Below are positions 1 to 10,306 of a stretch of 64,000 nt of DNA, in pieces. Location: the NCBI GenBank assembly GCA_023231475.1, contig JALJEE010003057.1, forward strand, positions 1 to 64,000. Direction: 5' to 3'. The notes under the pieces were generated by a model that was given only the letters and a program-made list of their open reading frames with translations, was not told where the DNA came from and did not search any database. A program made the translations under genes and the position numbers. Position 1 is the stretch's first letter, and each line of letters starts with the position of its first letter. This stretch comes from Seison nebaliae (Eukaryota).

Positions 1-1113
1 AACATACGAATTTATACTTGATGAAATTGAAATTGAAATAGAAAATCAATAAACTGGTTCGGTTTTACCTCTTAAAAATTGTAATAGATTGATACATATA
101 TATAGATGTATTTATAATATATTGAAGGAAGACATATAAAAGTTCAAATAATTTATTCTATAAAGACGATTAAAGACGAAATATGCAAATTGGCATCTAA
201 TTTCTAAGACTAAACATTAACAATTTCTTTTGTTTTACTCATTTATTCGACAAAATTTCTGAATTAAAATAATTTTAACATTAATTTTGTTCGTAAAACT
301 CAAAACCAAAAGTTGTCTTAAATGGGCGACACACCATGAATTTTTTTCGTTCTCTCGAAATATTCCACTAACAAAGTAAGTAACAAACACATGTAAGTGG
401 TTGTTTAATGTTTATTGATTAATAAACAATATATCTGATAAGTCCTGAGAATCCTCATCTTCGTCATTCAAATAACAACTATATAAATAATTTTAGATGG
501 TTAAAGTTCTTAATATTTCTTAAAGATAAATCTGGTTCTGCTTCGGTATTTTCAATCGGACCGTATATAATATATACTATATATTATCTTATTATAATAA
601 GAAAGGTGACAATCTACTAAATTATACTAACGCCACATTCTTTTCGCTTCATCCTATCAATTCGCCTGTCGATCTTTTCCTCCTCCTCCTCCTCCGCTCA
701 GTTATTTCTTACGCTAAAGAACAGAAGGTTTTTCTACATCTTCTTTTTCTTGATGCTTCTAAAGTTATTGACTTTTCATTCGCTCTAAATTATTTACACC
801 TTTATAATATCGAGGCTCCTTTCCTGAGATTTCTTTCGTCATAGGCAACGGCTACGCGATATTTTTCCTATTAATTTCGGTGTTCGTAAAAGTACAATTC
901 TCGGTCGTTTGCTGTCCGGTTTAGAAATCTCTGTGGGTGGATGATTAGAGTTAATCTTTTCCTATAAGGAAATCAAATTTTTGAAATTTCAAGCTGCAAA
1001 ATGATAATAATCGTCCATGTATATAGAGAAGTGTGAATTTGTTTAAATTTTATTTCCGAAATTAAGAAGATTAAAATAAATGATTGATTAATATTATTTA
1101 TTTATTCGGAGAA

Positions 1114-1478
1114 ATGGAACAAGTAAATATTTTGGAGAATGGAGATTATAAATATATGTTGATGAAGAACAAAAAAGACTCGAAGTATTACATTCGGTCT
1201 TACGATGGTTGCAATTTTCATTATGAAATAATGGAAAAGTTTCAAAAGCAAGTTATTGTTTGAGAATTGATTTAATAAACAGCTTATTCTTTTTTCAGAA
1301 TGGATTAAAATCGAAAGAAGTGGACTCTTGTGGTGGAGGAAGAATTACATTCTTATCGAAAGATAAACAAATCAAAATTTATGGACATTCCGTAGATTTC
1401 GGACCGGCAGATCATAATATTGGTGCAAAAATGTTAAAAGAATATTATAACGATTTTACTGTAATTGCTGAACAATAA
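1114..1478 (+). CDS. PHPT1: 14 kDa phosphohistidine phosphatase (janus/ocnus family), 2 exons (1114-1251, 1299-1478)
   Basis: Spliced product MEQVNILENGDYKYMLM...YHYEIM-like region then CGGGRI...IKIYGHSVDFGPADH matches the janus/PHPT1 motifs (GxxKYvL, GGGRI, YGxSxxfGxAdH). A 47-nt GT-AG intron at 1252-1298 joins the frames. Confidence 0.88.
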
Positions 1479-1485
1479 AAAATCG

Positions 1486-2372
1486 TTATCCAAAAAAATT
1501 ATAATTCGGCATATCAAGTCGAATTCCTGATCGAGCCTTTTCGATTCGCAGTCGATAAACGTCAGTAAGACCTTTATATAAATCCAATTTTTGAGCGAGA
1601 GCATTAAATAATTCTGCTAATGGTTCTAATCTATCGACCTTCATTAATCGTTTTGCTACCGTTCTTGCCCGGTTGCTTAAAACTGTCGAAGTATTCGAAT
1701 GACGTACTCGTTCAATATCGTCCAAAGCAGAAGTAATTATTCCTCTTGACATCTGTTATAAAATGAAATTATAATAATAAATTTAAGAAATAAGATAAAC
1801 TAAGTTGAGATAATCTTCTTCTGTTTTCTAGAAAGAAAATTAGAAATTGAATGTTTTTCAGAAACGATAAATTTTAAACATTTTTTTTTTGGAATTTACC
1901 TTTATTAGCATCTTCAACTGCTTTCAACAAATCAATACTGACTTCCTCCGCTTTATTCATTTTCTTCTTTTTCTTCTTCTTCTTCCCATCAACCTCATTT
2001 TCGGGTTCAGCTTTTTTTAATACTTTTTTCTTTTCTACGTTTGATAATTCATTTTCGACACTTCCACCTTTTTTCTTAATTTTACCATCCTTCTTATCTT
2101 CATCTTTGAATTTATTATCATCCTCATCGTCATCGTCGCCTTTAAAAGTATCAAATAATGTAAATCCAATATCTTCTTTATTCTAAACAATTTCATTGAA
2201 ATCATTTTGAAACAAAATTAAAACTGGATCGGTATCAGACATTGCAACTTTAGGAGCATTCATATCTATTTGGAGAGTCTGTATTGAATTGAATTAGAAA
2301 GAATGAAGGATTCGTTAGAATAACGCATTTTAGTAGTAGAATATTTAGTAGAATGATCTGTGTAAAATACAT
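1486..2372 (-). CDS. Secreted protein, paralog A of an unrecognised family (5 exons)
   Basis: Four short GTT..AG introns join MYFTQIILLNILLLKC (signal-like), an acidic/Lys-rich segment, IDLLKAVEDANK and ORF 1486-1752 containing LAELFNALAQKLDLYK; ends MPNYNFFG*. Confidence 0.75.
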
Positions 2373-2509
2373 AGGAAAGAAAGATAGAAAATTAAAGGAA
2401 ACTTAAGATAAAATTTGGATTTGAAAATTAATTTCATATGAAGTAAGTGACTGAAAATCAAATAAAATGATTGCTCCAACAACTTCTACTCACAACAACT
2501 ACTTTCCAA

Positions 2510-3199
2510 ATGATTTTCTTTTTATTTTCTCTATTCTTCTTTCAATCAATCCAATATTCTTCCTCGAAACATCTTCACGTTCTCCTTTCTTTATTATGTC
2601 TAATCTCAATAAAATTCATTAGAATGAAGCGAAATCAGATTATGGTAGAACACATTATAGTATCAACAATGATCGAGAAAGTGAAGAGGATGCAATTCGA
2701 AAAGAAATTGCTAAGCACAAATGGGTTCATTTTCTTTTGATTGTCACAAATTTTTAATACATTGTAGGAACATGAACAAATTGTGGCACATTCCACATTC
2801 AATCGAACTATACCTCCATTAACTCAACATTTCCCTTTAGTTCGCAGTTCACCAACTGAACCAATACAAATTAATATTAATGATACTACTTCTCCACAAC
2901 GGGAAGAAAATATGCCTAAAATTCCTGTGATGGAACAACCGTCATTAGAATTTCCACAAAAAGTTAAAGAATTTCCAGTTACTCATGTTTTGGCGAAAGA
3001 AGCTCTCTCAGTAGCTGATAAAATAGCGTCTCATTCCCCTAAAGCGAGAGCGTTGGCTTATTTCCTACGAGCATTAGCTAGGAAATTAGAGAATTACAAA
3101 CAGTTGACAGATTCATATAAAAAAGCGATTGGTAATTTAGATCAGAAATTGGTGTTTGAAACAAATCGAATGCCAAATGGATATGAATTTATTGGTTAA
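2510..3199 (+). CDS. Secreted protein, paralog B (3 exons)
   Basis: Signal-like MIFFLFSLFFFQSIQYSSS; two GTT..AG introns; last exon contains LAYFLRALARKLENYK and ends MPNGYEFIG*. Confidence 0.75.
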
Positions 3200-3235
3200 A
3201 GAAATGAATGGAAATAGAATAGAAGAAATGATCGA

Positions 3236-3827
3236 CTATATAACAGTATAATCTTCACTAGTTTTCGGATAAACATTTTGATAATTCAATTCCTCCTTAT
3301 ATTTATGATACATTCTTTTATAGAGATCTACACGTCTCGCTAAAGCTTTCAATAAATATCCCAAAGGTGTAGCGCTGGGTGTTTTGGATATGATTCGATC
3401 AGCGATATAACTCGCTTGTTGTGACAATGAATATTTTAATCGAGTTCTCTTCAAATCTTCCATTTCTCCATAGTCATCCATTTCATCAATATCCGATTCG
3501 TCTACCGTCGGATAAGGGATGTTGATCTTTGCCAAATCTTGATATGACTTCGCCAAATTTGAACTAACTTTTATTGGTTCTATTAAAAATAATTTACTTA
3601 ATTAATTCTCATGACATTTTATTCGAACCTTTTCCTCCAGTTAACTTCGTCGTGAGTGTTTTAAAGACTTTAGTCACTGCACTTTTCACTTTATCAATTG
3701 TACCTTTAACTTCTTCTTTAGTTTCTTCTTTGGCTTTTTCAACGGCGTTCAATAAATCGACATCATCCGAACTTTGACATAGTTGCAGAAGGAAAATTAT
3801 TAGAAAAATAAATTGGAGTAATAACAT
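3236..3827 (-). CDS. Secreted protein, paralog C (2 exons; intron 3580-3628)
   Basis: Signal-like MLLLQFIFLIIFLLQLCQS, then DVDLLNAVEKAK, IPYPT...LKRTRLKYSLSQQA...LGYLLKALARRVDLYK. Confidence 0.8.
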
Positions 3828-3979
3828 TAGAGAAATAAATCGTTAATGAAAAAATGAGATGGATATAAAAAGAAAGAGGAAGAGGAAAGAAGAAAATTGA
3901 AAAGAGGAAGTAAAAGTAGAAAATTAATTTATTTAGGAGAATTATTCAATTTAAAAACTAATCAATACTATTCGTTTAT

Positions 3980-4580
3980 CTATCGCCCCATAAAATCATA
4001 AGATGGAGCAATCATCGGATTTGGAATGTTACCTGTTTGCGATGCATAATATCGATTATATAATTCCTTCTTATAATCATGTGCTAATCTCTTGTATGTA
4101 TCAAGACTACGTGCTAATGCTTTCAAGAGTGAAGCTAAAGGAATTGCGTTAGGTGAATTTCTTTCAATCTCTCTCGACAAAGCGAATGCTTGTTGAGCTA
4201 AAGAATATTTAATTCTAGTTCGTTTCAATTGTTCAATTTTACCATCATCATCAACCTCGTCATTATCACTTTCAGTGATGGTTGGATATGGAATATCCAC
4301 ATGTTTAACTAAATCATCAAAAAGTTCTTTACTTTCTATCGCAAGTGGTTTCTTCTCATTCAATTTTTCAAGTCGATTCATCTATCCAAATTAAATAATA
4401 TATAATCCATTAAATTTAAATTTAAAACTCGATCGGTTAAATTACTAAAACCGAATGCAGAATGAAATGCCTAAAATCAGATAATAAAATAATTTTCGAT
4501 AATTTTATTTTAACGTTCTTCATCTTCTGGATGATACAATTTACGAACATAATTTGAATGGCCAATATAAAATATTTCAT
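3980..4580 (-). CDS. Secreted protein, paralog D (3 exons)
   Basis: Signal-like MKYFILAIQIMFVNC; two phase-0 GTT..AG introns; IPYPT...LKRTRIKYSLAQQA...LASLLKALARSLDTYK; ends APSYDFMGR*. Confidence 0.8.
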
Positions 4581-4636
4581 AATGAGATAACTGAAAAAAA
4601 GGAAAAGGAAAATAATAATGAAAATTTCAATTTCTC

Positions 4637-5480
4637 TTAATATATAAGAAAACTAGATTGATCCACCTCTTTCCTCTCTCGATAACATTCCACCAAATAG
4701 TTAGGATGGAGAACAATGGAGTGTGAGGAAAAATTATCTTTTCTTTTCATTCCAATAATATTTTCACATTTCATATTGAAACTTTGTCTACCATCACATG
4801 AAATTATTAATCGAACAATATCATGATAAGTTTTCGCACAAAAATCTATATCGTCAATGAAAAAAGATTTGTTATTTTTGAAAATATTTTGCACTTGACT
4901 CGAAATTTCCACCAAATCATTCTTCGTAAGATTCGTCGTTTCCACAATCTCATCATCGTTAATTGGAGACGAATTAATAAGATAATGTTTTGTATTTAGT
5001 AATGTCCTTAAATTCTGACATTTATACATCCATTCAACTTTCACAATTTTCACATTTTTGTACCATGAAAGAACTTTCTTCACTTTCGGAGTATTAGGAA
5101 ATGCTGAACTGAAGAAAAGATTAAAAAATTATTTTTCTTAAAATTAACATTAAATGAGTGACAGTTTCATTAACATCCGTTGAATAAGTGGCACCCATTG
5201 CCAAACATTGATTCCTAATTTGCATTCTCAATGGATTGGTGTAGCCAGATAAGCAGATGACTAATCCGCTCATCAGTTTATCGAATTCAACTTTCTCCTT
5301 TTTTATAGATTTTTGTAACTTCTCTTTTTTAATTTCCACTAAATTTGTTGAGTGAGTCTTTTTATCTTTCTGACTGTATTGACTGTATGTACTATCATTT
5401 GATACTGGAATGTATGGAATGGTGGGTAAATTATCCAACGAATGTTCAATCTTCTCATTTTTTATCTTGTTTTCTTCCAT
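4637..5480 (-). CDS. XRCC1: DNA repair protein XRCC1-like, two BRCT domains, no N-terminal domain visible (intron 5109-5148)
   Basis: KLMSGLVICLSGYTNPLRMQIRNQCLAMGATY...VTHLISAFPNTPK...IVKVEW closely follows XRCC1 BRCT1 (LSGFQNPxR..THLICAFxNTPK). A diverged second BRCT lies at the C-terminus. Confidence 0.85.
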
Positions 5481-5689
5481 TTTCTTGAGATTAGACAAAA
5501 ATAGAACGGTAATATGATGAAAAAATATAAAACTGAGCTTCAATTTTAATAGGTGACAACCTTAGCAATTCACTTTTTAGTAGATTGTGTATTGTAGGTT
5601 AAGTTGACGACATTGTACGCAGTTGAGTTGACATTTCACACGGTCGAACCTCGGTGCACGGTGTTTTAGTGTCTATTATGGATCATTAT

Positions 5690-5856
5690 ATCATTATATT
5701 AGTGTCTATGTTGGATGAAAACTCATATATTACAAATCAATGGGTTTATGATGGCACATGTGATTTTTGTATATAAAACTGATTCAAAATGCCATCATAA
5801 ACCCATTGATTTGTAATATATGAGTTTTCATCCAATATAGACACTAATATAATGAT
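5690..5856. repeat. Inverted repeat: 67-bp arms (5690-5756 and 5790-5856), 33-nt loop
   Basis: The right arm is the reverse complement of the left arm except for one G:T pair. Confidence 0.95.
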
Positions 5857-6163
5857 TTGGCAGAAAATAAAAACCCTATCTTAATCAGCATTATTTTCTG
5901 CATAACCTAATTATTTTTATTTCCAATTTGCGTTAGGTCCCATCAGATACCTTCCTTGTAAGTTGTGGAATAAGTATAATCGAACGATTAATAACCTTCC
6001 ACGAACCAATAATTTGGTTGAGGGTAAAAATAACGAACTGAAGCATCTAATTCCGTTGGACAGACCTTCGCTACCAATTTTCGAAAACTCTCTAATCAAA
6101 TGCTTTAATTATGAGAAACTTCAGTTCAATTTATTTCTAACAATGATGCGACGATGCGATTGA
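5700..6163 (+). mobile_element. Decayed Mutator/MULE-like transposase fragments
   Basis: ORF 5963-6163 WNKYNRTINNLPRTNNLVEGKNNELK..RPSL resembles the WN..RTNNxxEgwhn C-terminal MULE motif. Around 5708-5775 the frame reads NQWVYDGTC, resembling the w..DGTF motif. Most of the transposase is absent and I found no terminal inverted repeat pair. Confidence 0.65.
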
Positions 6164-7091
6164 TTTCCTTCGACCGCAATGTGGAACGTCGCAACACGGA
6201 ACGAGCGGTTCGAATCTTTCGGAAGGAGTCTGGCGATTGAGATCGGTCGATCAGGAATTCATTAACCTCGATCGCTTTGGTTGTTGTGGTGAATCCACAG
6301 ACCAGTACCGATGACCGTCATGAACGATTGGAACGTGGAGGATGAATGATGAGTTTATGTCCATAACACGAATGTCTCTGTCGGTTCTTAAGTTTGTTCG
6401 ATGGATCGGCCTTCTTGGACTTCGTCTTCGAGTCAGTTTTGTGGTCGATCTTGACATAATTGCTCTACCGAGATGATACCTGGACGCTGTTGACGGTTGA
6501 TGTGGTTGGTACTGATAATCGAACGCGGGAATTCGCTTTTTGCGTAGGAGTTGAAGTCGCTTAAGATGGCTGTGTCGTCACCGACTTCGAAGATTGATCG
6601 GCCTGCTTCGAGCGACTTCGTGTGGATTCGGATATATCCGGCAATGGTATGGCGGCCGAAATAATCGATATGTCGGCGAAAGATTCGGCTAAGGAGCCGG
6701 ATGAAGACACGAGCGATGCATCGGACGTAAGTTGTCGGAAAACCGACTTAAGAGAATCGATTTCTTTCTGTTGTTGTACAACAGTGGATTCAAGAGCTGC
6801 GATGCGTTCCATCGCAGAAGTGGCGAAACGAAGAAGTTCACCATTCTGCACCATTCCCCGATTCGGGGTGGGCAACGGTGTACTGCCATTATGCCTCCTT
6901 CGTTTGCTATGACCTGCCGATGTGACCCCCGCGATGTGCGAGAGGTTATGTGAAGCCATGGTGAGGATAGTGTTCGACGGGATCGGGTTCCCGTTATCAT
7001 CATATGTGCCACATATTATGTGGTGAGTGGTCCATTGAGAAGTGATGATGATTGCATAGTGAATTGTAAGATACAAATTGCTCAAATACAA
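6160..7091 (-). pseudogene. GC-richer, interrupted coding-like segment of unknown origin
   Basis: A 176-aa ORF with a coiled coil (MERIAALESTVVQQQKEIDSLK) continues past its TAA with similar Ser/Thr-rich composition, then shifts frame into ORF 6251-6457. It is visibly richer in GC and CpG than the flanks and has no short introns. Confidence 0.4.
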
Positions 7092-7361
7092 ATTTTCGAA
7101 GATACAAATTTCTCTCTCTCTCTCTCTCTTATGACTAGTTTGAAGATGAAGACACTTTTATAATTCAGATGTTACAATTTTGTCACAACTACATTTTGTT
7201 CGTGGACTTTCGGACAGCTCTAATAATGAGTTGTAATACCATATTTTCTCCGTTATTTTTAATTCAAACAAAAAATTTGTTTATCAACAATTTTTCGACA
7301 CTCTTCACAAAAAAAATTTCTTCCAATTGCGAAAACTGCTCCTACACACTGTAACCGTAAC

Positions 7362-8024
7362 ATGTTATTCGAAAATGTACAACCAACATTTGAAGATTGG
7401 GACATAGAAAGATTCTTCAAGAACAAATGTAAAAAAGATTTAGGCATCAATGATCGTAATTTTATTGTAAAAGGTGAAGTTAAATTGGTAGTCCCTATTG
7501 ACAATAGTGATTTCCAGTTTCGGCATCTATCTTCGGTGTTGGTGCTTTATCTCCGACAAGTAATCCCCAATAATCGCGCTCTCCGAATATTATGTATGGT
7601 CTTAGCCTGCTTCCATAATGTTTACTCAAAATATTATGGAATAAAAGTCGAACGAATGGGCGAAATTTTTACAATTATTTACAATCTAAATGAGACAATA
7701 TGTATACCTACATGTGATCGGAGCTGTTGGAAAACGATCATCACAACAAAAGAAAATCCCACCAAAATGCAGCTTCACAATATCAATTATGAGATAACTC
7801 ATAACATCGAAGTAACTGAGGACACCACCAACAAGGGTCGTCATTTAAGTTTTACGAAAAGCAGTGCTAGCTATCTGTGTGCACTTTTTGATGAGATGGT
7901 CCTAGATAATTGTTCAATATCCAGATTCGAGAATTGTAGTTCGGATTTAGGAATCAAAATAAATCTGATCTTTTTCGAACCTCATGATGCACTAAACTTT
8001 GTCAAAAATTTTCTTATGTTGTGA
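7362..8024 (+). CDS. Hypothetical protein, 220 aa, intronless
   Basis: Long uninterrupted ORF in AT-rich DNA with globular-looking composition; no motif recognised. Confidence 0.55.
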   Translation: MLFENVQPTFEDWDIERFFKNKCKKDLGINDRNFIVKGEVKLVVPIDNSDFQFRHLSSVLVLYLRQVIPNNRALRILCMVLACFHNVYSKYYGIKVERMGEIFTIIYNLNETICIPTCDRSCWKTIITTKENPTKMQLHNINYEITHNIEVTEDTTNKGRHLSFTKSSASYLCALFDEMVLDNCSISRFENCSSDLGIKINLIFFEPHDALNFVKNFLML

Positions 8025-8495
8025 AATAGAGGACAATGACATGAGAAGAAGAAAAACATATTGTTTAATTATGGATATTGGAGATCAATAAATCGAAAGA
8101 AAAAATGATATTTTTAACTCGTCATTTATTCATTTCCTGATCCAAAATAAAACAATGTTGTATATTATCTTTGAAATACTAAAATATTATTATTATCTAC
8201 TCGTTGAATATCCTTATAGAATTATATTGAATTTCTTCGAATTTAATTGTTTTTTCGAAGTTCACAATCCACCAGTAAGTATATCGTTCCGGCTTTGTTC
8301 TTAAATTTTTCCATCAAAATAATATATTAACGAATTCAGTATAATAATTTCATAAGGATCTCATCTGGTACATCAGATATTAATTTACTATTTACAATAA
8401 TATAAACACCAAATAAACAGGAGATATGTAAATAAATTAGATTGTCTTAAAAAGATAATTGTTATTCCATCCAAATATTAAATTCAATTAAAATA

Positions 8496-10138
8496 ATGAT
8501 GATATTTCAATTCATATTGATAATTCTTCCATGTATCTGGTGCTCTTATGAACCAATGGTGCAGCAGCAACCGCAACAAATCCATTTAGCTTATACACGT
8601 TAGATAGAAGAAACTTAAATTAAATTAGAATTCATATTTTTTTGTTAAAGGGAATGGAAATGAAATGAGTGTTACTTGGATTACTATTATGGAAGTAAAT
8701 GATTCGAGAATCGAATATGGAGAACATTTGGACGTGAAATTTCCATACACTATATCAAATATAAGGAAAACTTTGTTTATTGATGGTGGTGACATGAAAA
8801 GGAGAGAATATATTTATTTCGGTATAATGACAAATTTGGAATTAGGTAAACAATATTTCTACAGAACTGGCAGTGCCACAAAAGGATGGAGTTCAATTTA
8901 TTATTTTACATTTCATCGATATACTTCGGCCCAATTGATCGATAATAAGAATGAAAATATTTCCATGAAACTAGCCATTTATGGAGATATGGGAAATGTT
9001 AATGCTCAAAGTCTACCGCGACTTCAAACTGAAGTTCAGATGAATGATATTCATCAAGTACTTCATGTTGGCGATTTTGCATATGATATGGCCGATAATA
9101 ATGCGAAAGTTGGTGATGAATTTATGCGACAAATTGAAAGTATAGCCGGCTATGTACCTTATATGACATGTGTCGGTAATCATGAAGCACATTAGTTTTT
9201 TTTAAAATTTTCTTTCTCAAACTCAACATAATTTTAGTAATTTTTCTAATTATGCTCATCGATTTTCAATGCCGGGAAATGAGGGAACATTCACATTTGA
9301 TAATAATTTGTTTCATAGGTCAAATAATTTATTTCTTATCTTTTCCAACATTAATCGATCACTTTAAGTTATGATGTCGGTCCCGTTCACTTTGTGACAT
9401 TTTCGACAGAATTTTACTTTTTTATGGAATTCGGATGGACTCAAATTCAAGAACAATATGAATGGCTGGAAGCGGATTTGAAAGTTGAAAATTCTGAACA
9501 AAAATTCTTATACGGTTTTTAGAAAGCTCATGAGAACAGAGATAAAGTACCATGGATTATTACGATGGGACATCGTCCCATGTATTGTTCCGATAATACG
9601 ACAGGAGATTGTACCAAAGTAGATTCAATCGTTAGAGAATTAATTTAAGAAATTCTTTTCACAAATAGTTTATTCGAATAGATCAGAGTTGGCTTACCAA
9701 TTATTCATGCTTATGGACTCGAAGATTTATTTTATAATTATGGTGTCGATATTGAATTATATGCACATGAACATAATTATGAGAGATTATTTCCTATTTA
9801 CAATTATACGATGTACAAAGGAAGTGAATCGGAACCTTATACCGATCCGAAAGCACCAGTTCATATCATAACTGGATCAGCCGGTTGTCAAGAACGACAT
9901 ACGATTTTCAGCAAAGATGATCCAAAATGGTCGGCTTTCAGGACGGAAGATTATGGATATTCCAAATTCCACATTTTCAATCAGACTCATATTCATGTTC
10001 AATATATTTCAGATGATCAAGTTATTTTTCTTCTATGATTAATGGTACATGATGTTAATCGATTGACAGAGTGGGAAAGTTGTGGATGACATTTGGATAA
10101 TTAAACATTCACATGGATTATATGATGGAAATAAATAA
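8496..10138 (+). CDS. ACP7: Purple acid phosphatase (ACP7/PAPL-like), 7 exons
   Basis: Signal peptide, PQQIHLAY, and metallophosphoesterase motifs YGDMG, GDFAY, GNHE, GHRPMYCS, AHEHNYER, ITGSAGC. Introns at 8599-8650, 9195-9237, 9319-9368, 9484-9522, 9631-9681 and 10021-10069 restore the frame. Confidence 0.93.
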
Positions 10139-10306
10139 ATAATATTTTTTTGAAAAAATAATTTTTTTCCGTTGATACTTAAATGAAAATTTTTAAACAA
10201 TTTGTAATAAAAAAACGACATTATAATAAAAAAAAATTTTCGATTTTATTGAATAGAGAAAACTTTAAAATAATCGGATTGGTAAGAGAATCAGTTCGAT
10301 ATAGTT

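Noticed and set aside
620..970. Coding-like minus-strand sequence (KINSNHPPTEISKPDSKRPR..., EEEEEKIDRR)
   Set aside because: Interrupted by stops, no consistent splice model and no recognisable family.
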